Below, piece by piece: positions 23,115 to 35,259 of a stretch of DNA of 64,000 bases; the first letter of the stretch is position 1; each line of letters opens with the position of its first letter. Location: NCBI RefSeq assembly GCF_013315695.1, contig NZ_CP054353.1; one strand, written 5' to 3'. The notes under the pieces are model-generated. The model had not been told where the DNA came from, did no database searches, and saw nothing but the letters and a program-made list of their open reading frames with translations. The translations under genes were made by a program, and so were the position numbers. Source of the stretch: Escherichia coli (GTDB lineage: Bacteria > Pseudomonadota > Gammaproteobacteria > Enterobacterales > Enterobacteriaceae).

Positions 23115-24247
23115 TGATCGAGATAAAGGTAATGCACCCAGCTGGTCATGCGTAACAGTACTTTGCGCATCACCGAGACATGGCTGAAATGATCAGAGTA
23201 GACCGCCACCTGGGCGTAAATACCGTCTGGTAATGCGCTCAAATCAGTATGCTCATCCAGTTCAATGGTCGCGATAACGCCATCTGAACCCGGCTCTGTG
23301 TTTAACGTCTGTAAGGTGCCGGTCGACTGATAAGCTCCGCCGGGAACGGCTGGACTAATGGCTGCCAGCTTACCGCTGAATACCTTACCTGGCAGAGCAT
23401 TAAACACCACTTCCGCATCGTCGCCAGGAGCCAGTCGCAGCAAGGAGTTCTGACGGAACTGCGCCACGATTTGTCGTTTCTGATCGGGTATAAACACCAT
23501 CACCGGACGTAGCGGCAGCGACGCGGCATAGGTACCCGGACGAATCAGTACCTGGGTCACATAACCATCGCTCGGCGCACGCACTATCGTCTGCTCAAGG
23601 TTATATTTTGCTTCCGCGAGCTGCGCTTTCAGGCTGGCGATTTGAGAATGTTCACCCAACACCAGGCTATCCAGCTGGCTCTGGATCTGTTTTTGTTCCG
23701 CCGCCGCTGATTTTACGGAGGCTTCCTGCGCCAGATAATTTTGCCGCGCCACATCGATATCGCGTTCTGAAAACGGGTTTACTTTCGCCTGACTGCCGCG
23801 TGCGTAACGCTGATACTCTTTAGCGAATTTATCCCGCGTGGCCTTTGCCTGCTGAGTATTCGCCGCCATCTCATCTAACTCTGCGCCCAACGCCCGCTGT
23901 TTATGTTCTGCGGTAACGATATCCGCCATCAGCCGATCCACCCGCGCCTGATAACGCGTCGGGTCCAGTCGAAATAGCACCTCACCTTTTTTAATCAGCG
24001 TATTTTTCTTGTCCGTCACTTCGATCACCACGCCTGTCACCTGTGGGACAACAGGAATAGAAATAACCGCTTTTTGCGCTTTAAAGGTATACGGATGGTT
24101 ATAGTTCATTAACAGAATTAAACCGCTGACAATAAATATGCCACCCAGGGCCGCGGTGGGAATGGTCCATTTATTTACAGGAATTTTGAAGATCTTAAAC
24201 ATTGCCCATGCGAAAGCCACATAGGTCAAAATAATCAGTAAATCCAT
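23111..24247 (-). CDS. yiaV: HlyD-family membrane fusion protein YiaV
   Basis: 378 aa; N-terminal TM helix, coiled coil and beta-barrel sandwich; paralogous to yibH in this window. Confidence 0.85.
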   Translation of the reverse strand: MDLLIILTYVAFAWAMFKIFKIPVNKWTIPTAALGGIFIVSGLILLMNYNHPYTFKAQKAVISIPVVPQVTGVVIEVTDKKNTLIKKGEVLFRLDPTRYQARVDRLMADIVTAEHKQRALGAELDEMAANTQQAKATRDKFAKEYQRYARGSQAKVNPFSERDIDVARQNYLAQEASVKSAAAEQKQIQSQLDSLVLGEHSQIASLKAQLAEAKYNLEQTIVRAPSDGYVTQVLIRPGTYAASLPLRPVMVFIPDQKRQIVAQFRQNSLLRLAPGDDAEVVFNALPGKVFSGKLAAISPAVPGGAYQSTGTLQTLNTEPGSDGVIATIELDEHTDLSALPDGIYAQVAVYSDHFSHVSVMRKVLLRMTSWVHYLYLDH

Positions 24248-24252
24248 AAGTA

Positions 24253-24576
24253 TTACTCGGCAGAAGAGGATTTGATGTCGGCGAGCTGTTTCTCCAGCCC
24301 GGCAATACGCTGTTGTAGTTGCACAACGGAGGAGTCATGGTTTTGCATTCCCCATCCCCGCTCCGGGCGGTAAAGCGTGGCCCAAATCCACAAAAATGGC
24401 CAGATAACATGCAGCGTAAAAAGACTCACCCAACCAGCAACATGAATGGCGTCGGCATGAGGATGATTACGTTTTTTAGCAATCAGGTAGGGAATATCAT
24501 GTAAAATAATAATCCCATAGAAGATCACCAGAAATACAAAAATAAGCACTCCCAGTGCAAAATAATCCAGGAACAT
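24253..24576 (-). CDS. yiaW: DUF3302-family inner membrane protein YiaW
   Basis: 107 aa from [11 protein letters not shown]; about 90% identical to yibI in this window. Confidence 0.8.
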   Translation of the reverse strand: MFLDYFALGVLIFVFLVIFYGIIILHDIPYLIAKKRNHPHADAIHVAGWVSLFTLHVIWPFLWIWATLYRPERGWGMQNHDSSVVQLQQRIAGLEKQLADIKSSSAE

Positions 24577-24994
24577 ATTTCCCTCAGAGAATATAAAAAA
24601 GAACAATTAACGCATATTATGAAATACCATAATGCGGTGCAATTTCCTTATTTATATAACGACATATGGTTTTTTATATACTTTCTGAAGTGTGTGCCTG
24701 GCTTTTCAACAGGTCGAAGCTTATCATATTGAAATAATGTAACTATTGACCAAATTTATGAATAAAAACCGTAAAACATCCACAATGCAGATTAAGCGTA
24801 TTAAACCTTCAATTATCTACCGTTTATTGCTGATTGGCCTCGGAACGCCAATGGTGATTTATGGCCTGGTTCGCCCGCTCACCATCGAAACGCGAGATTA
24901 AACTCCTGGCAAAACACGCCCCAGAAACGCACTTCTGTTGGCGTAGTCTGGGTTATTGCGCACGTAGATTTAAAACGTAAATTGTAACAACGTG

Positions 24995-25095
24995 CGCTTT
25001 GTTTATGCCGGATGCGGCGTGTACGCCTTATCCGGCCTACGGTCAGGTCCCCGTAGGCATGATAAGACACGTAAGCGTCGCATCAGGCAATGAAT
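24995..25095. repeat. REP/BIME palindromic units downstream of aldB
   Basis: Canonical REP strings gccggatgcggcgtgtacgccttatccggcctacgg and gcgtcgcatcaggc. Confidence 0.55.
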
Positions 25096-25119
25096 ACCCA
25101 ATGCGACCAGCTTCTTATA

Positions 25120-26658
25120 TCAGAACAGCCCCAACGGTTTATCCGAGTAGCTCACCAGCAGGCACTTGGTTTGCTGGTAATGCTCAAGCATCATCTTATG
25201 GGTTTCGCGTCCGATGCCCGACTGTTTGTAGCCGCCAAACGCCGCATGTGCCGGGTAAGCGTGATAACAGTTGGTCCACACGCGCCCGGCCTGAATGCCG
25301 CGCCCCATCTTATAGGCCAGATTACCGTTGCGGCTCCAGACACCCGCGCCCAGGCCATATTGCGTGTCGTTCGCCAGCTCCAGCGCCTCGTCCATCGTTT
25401 TGAAGGTGGTTACCGCTAGCACCGGGCCAAAAATCTCCTCCTGGAACACGCGCATATTATTCTGACCAAACAGAATCGTCGGTTCGAGGTAGTAGCCGTC
25501 TTTCAGTTCGCCTTCCAGCAGCTTGCGCCGCCCGCCGGTGAGCACGTCTGCGCCCTCTTTTTTACCAATATCAATGTAGTTGAGGATGGTTTCCAGTTGC
25601 CCGTGAGAAACCTGCGCCCCCATTTGCGTCACGCTGTCGAGCGGGTTACCGCTACGAATGCTTTCGACACGGCGGATGGCGCGTTCCATAAAGCGTTCGT
25701 AGATAGACTCCTGCACTAAAGCACGGCTTGGACAGGTGCAAACTTCGCCCTGGTTAAAGGCAAACAGTGCAAAGCCTTCCAGCGCTTTATCGAAAAAGGC
25801 ATCTTCTTCATCCATCACATCAGCAAAGAAGATATTTGGCGACTTGCCGCCCAGTTCCAGGGTTACCGGAATAATATTTTGCGTGGCGTACTGCATAATT
25901 TGTTGGCCCACTTCCGTTGATCCGGTAAACGCCACTTTGGCGATGCGTTTCGAGGTCGCCAGATATTCGCCAATTTCCCCACCAGCGCCGTTAACCACGT
26001 TCACCACGCCCGGCGGCAGTAAATCACCGACGATTTCCATTAGCAGCAGTACAGAAAGCGGGGTAAGACGTGCGGGTTTCAGCACCACACAGTTGCCCGC
26101 CGCCAGCGCGGGAGCCATTTTCCAGCTCGCCATCAGCAGCGGGAAGTTCCACGGAATAATCTGCCCCACCACGCCTAACGGTTCGTGGAAGTGATAAGCC
26201 ACAGTTTCGCTATCCACTTCACTAATACCGCCTTCCTGCGCCCGAATACACGAGGCAAAATAGCGAAAATGGTCAATCGCCAGCGGCACATCAGCAGCAC
26301 TGGTTTCGCGAATGGGTTTGCCGTTATCCCAGGTTTCAGCGGTCGCTAACAGTTCGAGGTTCTGCTCCATCCGATCGGCAATCTTAAACAGAATCGCCGC
26401 GCGATCCTGCACCGAAGTATGCGCCCATTTATCTTTCACTTTGTGCGCAGCATCCAGCGCCAGATCGATGTCTCGTTTGCCCGAAGACGCCACTTCGCAC
26501 AGCAGCTGTCCGGTCACCGGCGTCAGGTTCTGGTAATACTCGCCGTCGGCAGGGGCTACCCATTCGCCGCCAATAAAGTTGTCGTAGCGGGCTTTTAACT
26601 TGAGGGGGAAACCATACTCGCCGGGCTTAATCTGTGCTGAAGGGGGATTATTGGTCAT
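25120..26658 (-). CDS. aldB: aldehyde dehydrogenase B
   Basis: 512 aa starting [15 protein letters not shown]; aldehyde dehydrogenase catalytic Cys/Glu motifs; the six-frame ORF is 30 codons longer upstream. Confidence 0.9.
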   Translation of the reverse strand: MTNNPPSAQIKPGEYGFPLKLKARYDNFIGGEWVAPADGEYYQNLTPVTGQLLCEVASSGKRDIDLALDAAHKVKDKWAHTSVQDRAAILFKIADRMEQNLELLATAETWDNGKPIRETSAADVPLAIDHFRYFASCIRAQEGGISEVDSETVAYHFHEPLGVVGQIIPWNFPLLMASWKMAPALAAGNCVVLKPARLTPLSVLLLMEIVGDLLPPGVVNVVNGAGGEIGEYLATSKRIAKVAFTGSTEVGQQIMQYATQNIIPVTLELGGKSPNIFFADVMDEEDAFFDKALEGFALFAFNQGEVCTCPSRALVQESIYERFMERAIRRVESIRSGNPLDSVTQMGAQVSHGQLETILNYIDIGKKEGADVLTGGRRKLLEGELKDGYYLEPTILFGQNNMRVFQEEIFGPVLAVTTFKTMDEALELANDTQYGLGAGVWSRNGNLAYKMGRGIQAGRVWTNCYHAYPAHAAFGGYKQSGIGRETHKMMLEHYQQTKCLLVSYSDKPLGLF

Positions 26659-26765
26659 GATCGTCTCCTTGCGGTGTGAGGTATAACAAGGGTAGACGTG
26701 ACTGGCGAAATCTTCGCCAGTCGATAACAGCTTTACGACGGCTATCACGAATTTACGGGCAAGGG

Positions 26766-28061
26766 TTACAGCGGATAATGCGCGAAGTACACGGCTTGCT
26801 GGTCATTAATTTTCTTCTCTTGCGCAAACCCTTCTTTAACAATTGTCCGTAAATCAGCTCGAGCCGTATTATCAGAGACGCCCAGGCTCGCGCTAATTTC
26901 AGCAACTGTGTACTCTTTCCCCGGATTGGCGAGCATCACATTCAGGAGCGTTACCTGGCGCGGATTCAGGCGTTTAAGCACACCAGAGCTAAACAGCACA
27001 CTATCGAGTTTTGCGCTTCGTTGTGTAATTTCATCGATATGCTGCTGCCAGTTTTGCAGAGCACGTTTAATGACACCCGCCTGATATTCAAGGAAATAAG
27101 TCAGATCCATACCATCTGATTCAGTGTACTGGTAGCTGGCGGCATATTTGACCGGTGCAGCATGAAGCAAACGGCTGATGGAAATATATTTAAAGACATC
27201 GTAGCCCGATTTCAGCATATACCAGTAAAACAGCGCCCGACTGGTGCGCCCGTTGCCATCCCGAAACGGATGTTCATGGGCCAGCATAAAATGCAGAATG
27301 CAGGCACGGACCAACGGATGAATATACCCTTCATGGCTGTTTAACCACTGGCAAACTTTTTCCAGCCGTTCCGGTAACAATGCCGCAGCGGGCGGTTGAT
27401 GCACTATATTGCCATCATAGTCGGCGATCACAACATCATCTGTTTCACGAAATTCTCCCGGACGATATTTCGCGTCATTGATTCCACCCATACCAATGGC
27501 ATGTAACTGGCGAATAAGCGCAGGTGTCAGCGGTTCTGCGAGTAAGTGCGGAATTTCCGCCATCAGCCGGGCATTTCCCGCAATCATATGCTCGTCTTCA
27601 GTGCGTGGCGACCGCCCTGTTTCCAGCATTTTTCTCGCCACCAGCGTTGTAGTATTCGCACCTTCCAGCTGGGAGCTGGTGATCGGCTCTTCCAGGCGTA
27701 ACTGGCTTAACTCGGCTCCGGCCCCGCGTAACCGTTCAGTCTGATCTTTCAGCGCCAGCGCGGTAGCACGTTTGTCGACAAGCTCGCACGCTTCTGCAAT
27801 CACCGGGGTAATGTTGAATCCGGCCTGTTCACCCGCTTCATTGCAATAATTAATTCGTTGGATCGCCGCGTTGCGCGCCAGACGGGTAAGCGTCCACGCC
27901 ACATCGACGTTTTCTCCTTTTTTGATGCGGTACTGCAACTCATCAAAAGGCAGATAACGTCCTTTTTCATCGGTAACCCGGTTAAAGCGCAGGTGGGCCA
28001 GGAGTTCCTCACCCGATAAGTGTGATAAAGGAATAAGTCCGGGAGGTGATTTGATAGCCAT
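26766..28061 (-). CDS. Fic (AMPylase-type) family protein with N-terminal inhibitory motif and C-terminal winged-helix domain
   Basis: 431 aa; Fic active-site motif [15 protein letters not shown]-terminal SSQLEG matching the (S/T)xxxE(G/N) inhibitory-helix pattern; C-terminal HTH-like segment ([28 protein letters not shown]). Confidence 0.8.
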   Translation of the reverse strand: MAIKSPPGLIPLSHLSGEELLAHLRFNRVTDEKGRYLPFDELQYRIKKGENVDVAWTLTRLARNAAIQRINYCNEAGEQAGFNITPVIAEACELVDKRATALALKDQTERLRGAGAELSQLRLEEPITSSQLEGANTTTLVARKMLETGRSPRTEDEHMIAGNARLMAEIPHLLAEPLTPALIRQLHAIGMGGINDAKYRPGEFRETDDVVIADYDGNIVHQPPAAALLPERLEKVCQWLNSHEGYIHPLVRACILHFMLAHEHPFRDGNGRTSRALFYWYMLKSGYDVFKYISISRLLHAAPVKYAASYQYTESDGMDLTYFLEYQAGVIKRALQNWQQHIDEITQRSAKLDSVLFSSGVLKRLNPRQVTLLNVMLANPGKEYTVAEISASLGVSDNTARADLRTIVKEGFAQEKKINDQQAVYFAHYPL

Positions 28062-28064
28062 GTG

Positions 28065-28145
28065 CTTATCTCAAAAAAGCGCAATATTGAGATAGTGTAT
28101 AGCAGGAAAGAGAAACTATCTCAAAAAAAGCAAGTTTTGAGATAG
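28065..28145. promoter_or_regulatory. two ~30-bp palindromes (TATCTCAAAAAA…TTGAGATAG) immediately upstream of the Fic gene; candidate operator pair
   Basis: cttatctcaaaaaagcgcaatattgagatag at 28065-28095 and ctatctcaaaaaaagcaagttttgagatag at 28116-28145. Confidence 0.45.
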
Positions 28146-28190
28146 TTGAAAAAGCGGCTGACAACTCGCCAGCCGTTGTGGGAATGATGA

Positions 28191-29342
28191 TTACATTGCG
28201 GCGCGATAAATCGCCACAATTTCTTCGTGAGTTGCCTGGATCGGGTTAGTAAAGCCACAGGCATCTTTCAGGGCATTAGTCGCCAGTACCGCGAAATCTT
28301 CTTCTTTCACGTTCAGGTCACGCAGGCCTGCCGGGATATCCACTTTCTTCGCCAGTTCACGGATGGCGTTAATGCAGGCTTCAGCACCTTCCGCGTCGTT
28401 TTTACCAGTCACGTTCACGCCCATTGCAGCGGCACAGTCACGCAGACGTGCTGCAGCGACTTTGCTATTGAATACCTGAACGTGTGGCAGCAGAACAGCA
28501 TTACATACACCGTGTGGCAGGTTGTAGAAACCGCCCAGCTGGTGCGCCATCGCATGAACATAACCCAGAGAAGCATTATTGAACGCCATACCGGCGAGGA
28601 ACTGGGCATAAGCCATTGCTTCACGCGCTTTCGCATTACTGCCATCTTCAACGGCTAACGGCAGGTTTTCGGCAATCATGGTCACGGCTTTCAGTGCGCA
28701 AGCGTCAGTGATCGGCGTGGCGGCAATAGAAACATACGCTTCGATAGCGTGCGTTAAGGCATCCATACCCGTTGCGGCGGTCAGTGACTTCGGCATACCG
28801 ACCATCAGAGATGAGTCATTGACAGAAAGCAACGGAGTTACATGTTTATCAACAATCGCCATTTTGATATGACGCGCTTCGTCAGTGATGATGCAGAAAC
28901 GGGTCATTTCAGAGGCCGTACCCGCCGTGGTATTGATGGCGATCATCGGCAGCTGCGGTTTTGCAGAGCGGTCAACGCCTTCGTAATCGCGAATATCGCC
29001 GCCATTGGCTGCCACCAGCGCAATACCTTTTGCGCAGTCGTGCGGAGAACCACCGCCTAAGGAGATCACGCTATCGCAATTATTTTCTTTAAGTAATTTC
29101 AAACCTGCGGCGACGTTTTCCGTGGTGGGGTTAGGTTGGGTGCCATCATAAATAACGCTAAAAATATTGCGTTCTTCCAGTGCTTTTTGCACATCACCCG
29201 CCATACCCAATTTCGTTAACATATTGTCGGTGACAATTAAGGTACGGGTAAATCCATAATCTGCCATCATATTCATTGCATCATTCAATGAATCAGCACC
29301 AATAACATTCACGGAAGGAATAAAAAAGGTTGAAGCTGCCAT
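28191..29342 (-). CDS. yiaY: iron-containing alcohol dehydrogenase YiaY
   Basis: 383-aa Fe-ADH family protein. Confidence 0.85.
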   Translation of the reverse strand: MAASTFFIPSVNVIGADSLNDAMNMMADYGFTRTLIVTDNMLTKLGMAGDVQKALEERNIFSVIYDGTQPNPTTENVAAGLKLLKENNCDSVISLGGGSPHDCAKGIALVAANGGDIRDYEGVDRSAKPQLPMIAINTTAGTASEMTRFCIITDEARHIKMAIVDKHVTPLLSVNDSSLMVGMPKSLTAATGMDALTHAIEAYVSIAATPITDACALKAVTMIAENLPLAVEDGSNAKAREAMAYAQFLAGMAFNNASLGYVHAMAHQLGGFYNLPHGVCNAVLLPHVQVFNSKVAAARLRDCAAAMGVNVTGKNDAEGAEACINAIRELAKKVDIPAGLRDLNVKEEDFAVLATNALKDACGFTNPIQATHEEIVAIYRAAM

Positions 29343-29532
29343 AACACACTCCTGAAAGTGTAAAAAAGGGCGGGCAGCTTACTGAGAATTTTCATTTGAA
29401 AATATGATCAACATTACCGTTTATTAAAATATTTTTAATAAAAAGCACGTTACATTCATCAAATAACGTGCCTTCTTAACATTAATAAGAAATTTTGTAT
29501 TAATTCATATTTATTATGAATTAATCATTTCC

Positions 29533-31377
29533 TTATTTTTCCGGAAATAATAATGCGTCGCGTAATAAATGATCATTTCCACGACGACGCGTAAAGCCAA
29601 TGCGGTCAAAATATTCCAGAATCTGAATTGCCAGCTTTCGGCCTACGCCTAAGCGATCGCGGAAATCCGCCGCGCAGGTTGAACCACACTCCTGATCGAG
29701 ATCGCGGATCATATTAGCAAACTCGACAATCCGATCGTTACGGTAATAACGATCTTTAACGATCGCGGTAATTATCCCCTGCTGCGCCGCCTGGCGTAGA
29801 GTCAGGCGCATTGCCTGCTCGTCGGTTCCCGTCTCTTTTGCCAGGTCTCGCACCCACCACGGTTCGTCACCAAACAGTGGCTCTGCTTTTTGCCAGATGG
29901 CCTGCTGCTCTTCGCTGAAGCCCGCTTTGTGATCCGGCAGATGCAGCCAGCCGTGATGACTGAGGATGTCGCCGCTTTCGCGCATCTTTTCAATCAGCAA
30001 CAGTACCAGCGCTTCATCTTCCATTGGCAACGCCATACGTCGCAGACGTTCGCGCCCAGGACCAGGTTCATCGCGATGTTGCTCATGATAAGTCGCTAAT
30101 GTGTCGAGAATTTTCCGCTGCCAGCGGGCGGCAACCGGCGCATTCAACAAGCTATAACCAGCCTGAATATAGCCAGGCTGTTGCAGCAGTTCGCGCATCC
30201 CTTCGCCGTTGAGCTGGCGCGCCCAGGCGAAATCAGCAAGGTTAACCGCGCCGCGTTCCAGATGAACAGATAACGCATCGGCATCGCTCTGCGCCCGTGC
30301 AAGAGACGCCAGCCATTGCAGATATTCCGGCTTACGCTTACCGCGACGCGGCGGGTTAAGCATCACCACACGCGCCCCCGCCAGCGTGTTGCGGGCCGAG
30401 ATATCGCGCAGCACTATGCGATCGTTATCCGCCAGCCACAGCGGCGTGTCGAACACCAGCTCGGCAAGGTTATCTTCCAGCAGCGAAACGCGTCCCGTAA
30501 CGTGGCTGGCGGCGTGGTGAATATGCAGCGGCTGCCACTGGGTCAGCGGTGTATGGGTTTGAAGCTCAACTATCACCCGCGTAAACGGCTCCGGCGGCGC
30601 ATCGGCAAGCAACCAGTCGCCACGGTTAATCTGTTCTTTTTCCGCATCACCCGCGATGTTAAGCGCAATACGCTGCCCGGCATGAGCTGCATCTGTTGGC
30701 TGATTTTGCGCATGTAGCGCACGCACGCGCATCGGTTTATTTACACCAGTCAGCCAGATTGAATCGCCTACCTTCACTTCCCCGCTTAACGCCGTACCGG
30801 TGACGACCAGCCCGGCACCTTTTACGGTAAATGCGCGGTCGATCGCGAGGCGGAAACTATGTTGGCTGGCGTGTTCGCGTTCTGGTAACTGAAGCAGATG
30901 CTCGCGCAGGGCATCAATTCCCCGACCTTCGGTTGCTGCGGTGATAAACAGTTTTGCCTCAGCAAAACCGTATTCCCGCAGCACCTCCTTTACCTGGCGT
31001 TCAACCTCATCAACACGCGCTTCGTCCACGCGATCGGCTTTGGTCAGCGCCACTGTCAGCATCGGATTACCGGTCAGCTGCAAAATCGCCAGATGCTCAC
31101 GGGTCTGTGCCATCACGCCGTCATCGCACGCCACCACCAACAGCGCGTGATCGATACCACCAACGCCCGCCAGCATGTTGGAAAGAAACTTTTCATGACC
31201 GGGTACGTCGATAAAACCAGGCACGCGACCATCCGGCTGCGGCCAGTAGGCATAGCCGAGATCGATGGTCATGCCGCGCTTTTTTTCTTCCGGCAGACGG
31301 TCGGCATTTACGCCAGTAATCGCCTGCAATAAGGTTGTTTTGCCGTGGTCAACGTGTCCGGCAGTCGCAATAATCAT
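29533..31377 (-). CDS. selB: selenocysteine-specific elongation factor SelB
   Basis: 614 aa; N-terminal GTPase motifs (GHVDHGKT) and C-terminal winged-helix repeats. Confidence 0.9.
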   Translation of the reverse strand: MIIATAGHVDHGKTTLLQAITGVNADRLPEEKKRGMTIDLGYAYWPQPDGRVPGFIDVPGHEKFLSNMLAGVGGIDHALLVVACDDGVMAQTREHLAILQLTGNPMLTVALTKADRVDEARVDEVERQVKEVLREYGFAEAKLFITAATEGRGIDALREHLLQLPEREHASQHSFRLAIDRAFTVKGAGLVVTGTALSGEVKVGDSIWLTGVNKPMRVRALHAQNQPTDAAHAGQRIALNIAGDAEKEQINRGDWLLADAPPEPFTRVIVELQTHTPLTQWQPLHIHHAASHVTGRVSLLEDNLAELVFDTPLWLADNDRIVLRDISARNTLAGARVVMLNPPRRGKRKPEYLQWLASLARAQSDADALSVHLERGAVNLADFAWARQLNGEGMRELLQQPGYIQAGYSLLNAPVAARWQRKILDTLATYHEQHRDEPGPGRERLRRMALPMEDEALVLLLIEKMRESGDILSHHGWLHLPDHKAGFSEEQQAIWQKAEPLFGDEPWWVRDLAKETGTDEQAMRLTLRQAAQQGIITAIVKDRYYRNDRIVEFANMIRDLDQECGSTCAADFRDRLGVGRKLAIQILEYFDRIGFTRRRGNDHLLRDALLFPEK

Positions 31378-32765
31378 TTCAACAACATCTCCAAAAACCG
31401 TTGCTCATCTTCAAGGCAGCGTAAATCCAGCCACAATCGTCCGTCATAAATACGACCAATCACCGGCACTGGCAATTCACGCCAGCGGGCGGCTAATGAC
31501 TCAAGGTGGCTACCGCGTCCATCATGGGGTGTAAACGTTAATGCCGCGCTCGGCAGGCGATCAACCGGCAGCGAACCACTGCCAATCTGCGAAAGACATG
31601 GCATAACCTGTACCGCAAACTCCGCGCCGTAATGTGCGGCAAGGGGAGCCTGTAAACGTTGTGCCTGGATTTGAATGACCTCTGCGCTGCGGGTAAGCAG
31701 GCGCAGGGTCGGTAATTTTTCACTCAGCGCCTCAGGGTGTAAATAAAGACGCAGCGTGGCTTCCAGCGCCGCGAGGGTCATTTTATCCGCGCGTAATGCA
31801 CGCTTCAGTGGATGGCTTTGCAGGCGGGCGATCATCTCTTTTTTACCAACAATAATTCCTGCCTGCGGCCCGCCTAACAACTTGTCGCCGGAGAAGCTCA
31901 CCAGACTGACGCCCGCCGCAATCAACTCCTGCGGCATTGGCTCTTTCGGCAAACCGTACTGGCTAAGATCGACCAGCGAGCCACTGCCTAAATCAGTCAC
32001 TACGGGGACATCCAGCTCTTTGCCGAGCGCCACCAGTTCCGCTTCATCTATCGCTTTGGTGAATCCCTGAATGCTGTAGTTACTGGTATGTACTTTCATC
32101 AACAGCGCGGTATTTTCATTCACCGCCTGACGATAATCATTAGCGTGCGTGCGGTTGGTGGTCCCTACTTCGTGTAGTGTGCAGCCTGCCTGACGCATAA
32201 CATCAGGAATACGAAACGCGCCGCCAATCTCCACCAGTTCGCCGCGAGAAACCACCACCTCTTTCCCGCTGGCAGTGGCCGCCAACATCAATAACACCGC
32301 CGCCGCATTGTTATTAACGATACAGGCATCTTCCGCCCCCGTAATACGGCACAGCAGCTGCGCCAGCGCACGATCGCGATGTCCGCGTCCGGCGTCGTCC
32401 AGATCGTACTCGAGGGTCACTGGCGAACGCATAGCCTGCGCAACGGCTTCCACCGCGGCTTCTGCCTGTAAAGCTCGCCCAAGATTGGTATGCAGCACGG
32501 TTCCCGTCAGGTTGATCACCGGACGCAGCGCGCTCTGCGCCTCCTTCGTCAGTCGGGCATCGACTTCTTGCGCCCAGTTTTCACACCATGCGGGCAGCGT
32601 CTGGCTATCACGAATCACTTCTCGCGCTTCGTCAAGCATCTGACGCAGCAATTCCACCACGCGGGTGTGACCATAAGTATCACGCAAAGAAAGGAAGGAG
32701 CTATCGCGCAATAAGCGATCAATAGCCGGAAGTTGACTATAGAGGGAACGCGTTTCGGTTGTCAT
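31374..32765 (-). CDS. selA: L-seryl-tRNA(Sec) selenium transferase SelA
   Basis: 463-aa PLP enzyme; 4-bp overlap with selB. Confidence 0.9.
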   Translation of the reverse strand: MTTETRSLYSQLPAIDRLLRDSSFLSLRDTYGHTRVVELLRQMLDEAREVIRDSQTLPAWCENWAQEVDARLTKEAQSALRPVINLTGTVLHTNLGRALQAEAAVEAVAQAMRSPVTLEYDLDDAGRGHRDRALAQLLCRITGAEDACIVNNNAAAVLLMLAATASGKEVVVSRGELVEIGGAFRIPDVMRQAGCTLHEVGTTNRTHANDYRQAVNENTALLMKVHTSNYSIQGFTKAIDEAELVALGKELDVPVVTDLGSGSLVDLSQYGLPKEPMPQELIAAGVSLVSFSGDKLLGGPQAGIIVGKKEMIARLQSHPLKRALRADKMTLAALEATLRLYLHPEALSEKLPTLRLLTRSAEVIQIQAQRLQAPLAAHYGAEFAVQVMPCLSQIGSGSLPVDRLPSAALTFTPHDGRGSHLESLAARWRELPVPVIGRIYDGRLWLDLRCLEDEQRFLEMLLK

Positions 32766-32862
32766 AGGAAACCTGGCTGATCAAGGCCCTCTCACACGGA
32801 GAAGGGCGTTTAACATAACCACGGATTGTAACGTGAGATGGGTCAGGAGGACATATCGCGCA

Positions 32863-33471
32863 TCAAGCCTTTGGCGGTTCGGTGCGGGCGAAACTTTCGC
32901 GGCTAAAGAGGTTTTCGACCAGTTTGACTAAGTGTGGGCGGTCGACACACCAGCCTGGCGCAACGCGGCGGAAATTGAGATATCCGACGGCACAGGCAAT
33001 GGCGATAGTCGCCAGATTGACCGTATCGGTTTTGAGCGTGCCATCGACCAGATATCCTTCCAGCACATCCAGACTGCGGTTGATTTTCTCCCGCTGGCGT
33101 AACAATTCATCTTCAGACTGCTGCGCCGCCGGACGCGCCTGTTCACGCACCGATACCAGCCCGGCATCCATAATGCCATCCGCCAGCGCCTCAATTTTGC
33201 GCACCCGCAACGACTCCAGCGGATCACGCGGCAACATCGCCGGAGCGACATTCATTAATTCAATATATTCAGCGATGATCGGCGAATCAAACCAACATTC
33301 GCCCTCTTCGGTCACCAGCACCGGCACTTTCCCTAACGGGTTAAATTGCGCCACGCCGTTGTCCGCGTTATAGGGCAGTTCATTAATAAATTCGAAAGTT
33401 ATGCCCTTTTCTAACAACAGAATAGAAAGTTTGCGTACAAACGGGCTGGTGTAGCTACCGACGAGTTTCAT
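32863..33471 (-). CDS. yibF: glutathione S-transferase-like protein YibF
   Basis: 202-aa GST fold. Confidence 0.85.
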
Positions 33472-33541
33472 GCCGAGTCCTTTGTGCGAGGAAAAATATC
33501 AGTATGGCTCAGGCTCGCGCAAAACACAGGTGATACAAGTC

Positions 33542-34678
33542 TCAATGATCCAAATAAAGATAATGCATCCAACTGGTCATTCTCAGCAGCACCTTCCGCA
33601 TCACCGAAACATGGCTGAAATGGTCGGAGTAAACTGCCACCTGGGCGTAGATGCCGTCGGGTAAAGCATCGATATCATCGTTGGGGTCCAGTTCAATGGT
33701 TCCCAGCACACCGTCCGTGCCGGGCACGACCGTTAATGATTGCAATACCCCTTGCGCCTGATACGAACCGCCTGGCACGACAGGTAAAATACTAGTCAGT
33801 TTGCCGTGGAACACCTGCCCAGGTAGCGCGTTAAACACCACTTCCGCATCATCGCCGGGTTTCAGACGTAACAGCGAGTTCTGCCGAAATTGGGCGACAA
33901 TTTGCCGTTTTTGCTCGGGGATGAAAACCATCACCGGACGTAGCGGCAAGGCAGCTGCGTATGTACCTGGGCGGATCAGTACCTGAGTAACGTAGCCATT
34001 GCTTGGTGCGCGAATGACAGTCTGCTCAAGGTTATATTTTGCTTCAGTAAGTTGCGCTCTTAAGCTCACAATCTGCGATTGCTCGCCGTTAACCATACTG
34101 TCGAGCTGGCTCTGGATCTGCGCCTGCTCCGCCACCGAGCCTTTCACCAGCGCGTCCTGCGCGAGGAAGTTTTGCCGCGCATCGTCGATGTCACGTTCCG
34201 AGAACGGATTCACCGCCGCCTGGCTGCCTTTCAGGTAACGTTGATAATTTTTAAACAGACGGTCGCGCTCCGCTGAAACCTGGGTGGTGTTGGCCTGCGC
34301 TTCAGTGAGCTGCGCGCGCAGCGTCTTTATATTATGCGTCGCCGTCATCAGGTCAGCCTGAAGTCTGTCAACTCGCGCCTGGTAACGAACCGGGTCGAGC
34401 TTAAAAAGCACCTCGCCCTTTTGAATAAGCTGATTATTTTTGTCGGTGACTTCAGTAACAATTCCCGTCACCTGTGGCGTGATGGGGATCGCTATCACTG
34501 CCTTTTGCGCGGTAAAAGTGTAAGGGTGGTTGTAGTTCATCAACAAAATCAAACCACTCACCAGAAACACGCCTCCCAGCGCCGCCGTCGCCAGCGTCCA
34601 CTGATTTACCGGAATGCGGAAGATTTTAAAGACCGCCCACGCCAGCGCCACGTAAGTTAAAACAATCAATAGATCCAT
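33542..34678 (-). CDS. yibH: HlyD-family membrane fusion protein YibH
   Basis: 378 aa; paralogue of yiaV, same length. Confidence 0.85.
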   Translation of the reverse strand: MDLLIVLTYVALAWAVFKIFRIPVNQWTLATAALGGVFLVSGLILLMNYNHPYTFTAQKAVIAIPITPQVTGIVTEVTDKNNQLIQKGEVLFKLDPVRYQARVDRLQADLMTATHNIKTLRAQLTEAQANTTQVSAERDRLFKNYQRYLKGSQAAVNPFSERDIDDARQNFLAQDALVKGSVAEQAQIQSQLDSMVNGEQSQIVSLRAQLTEAKYNLEQTVIRAPSNGYVTQVLIRPGTYAAALPLRPVMVFIPEQKRQIVAQFRQNSLLRLKPGDDAEVVFNALPGQVFHGKLTSILPVVPGGSYQAQGVLQSLTVVPGTDGVLGTIELDPNDDIDALPDGIYAQVAVYSDHFSHVSVMRKVLLRMTSWMHYLYLDH

Positions 34679-34680
34679 AT

Positions 34681-35043
34681 TTAGATCTCCGGGAACGTGG
34701 AATAGTCAGTCTTTTTCTCGGCGGCGAGTTGATGCTCCAGCCGGGAAATTCGGTCAGAAAGTGCGGCGATTTCCGGGTCTGGCACGTCGCCTTGCGGCGC
34801 AACATGTGACTGCATGCCCCAGCCGCGCTCCGGTTGATAGAGCGTCGCCCAGATCCACAGGAACGGCCAGATAACATGCAGAGTAAACAGGCTCACCCAG
34901 CCCGCCGTATGAATAGCGTCGGCATGGGGATGGTTGCGCTTTTTGGCAATCAGATAAGGGATGTCATGTATCGCGATGATTCCATAAAAAATCACCAGAA
35001 AGACGAAGATCAGCACTCCCAACGCGAAATAGTTTAGAAACAT
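34681..35043 (-). CDS. yibI: DUF3302-family inner membrane protein YibI
   Basis: 120 aa; paralogue of yiaW. Confidence 0.85.
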   Translation of the reverse strand: MFLNYFALGVLIFVFLVIFYGIIAIHDIPYLIAKKRNHPHADAIHTAGWVSLFTLHVIWPFLWIWATLYQPERGWGMQSHVAPQGDVPDPEIAALSDRISRLEHQLAAEKKTDYSTFPEI

Positions 35044-35259
35044 ATCTGCCTCGGATTCACGTTTATCAGTGTTGTTTTTTGGCTGGCAGCCAGAAGGGAG
35101 TCAGGCTGATATTTTGACAATAATCCGGGTTCGCGATTCTCGCCATAACACCAAAGAATAATTTTAAGAGGTGATGAGTTGCTTAGTTACATAACGATTT
35201 TATGACGAAGGCATAACATGCTGCAGATCACATCAGGTGAACGCTGTAAGAAAATATCT

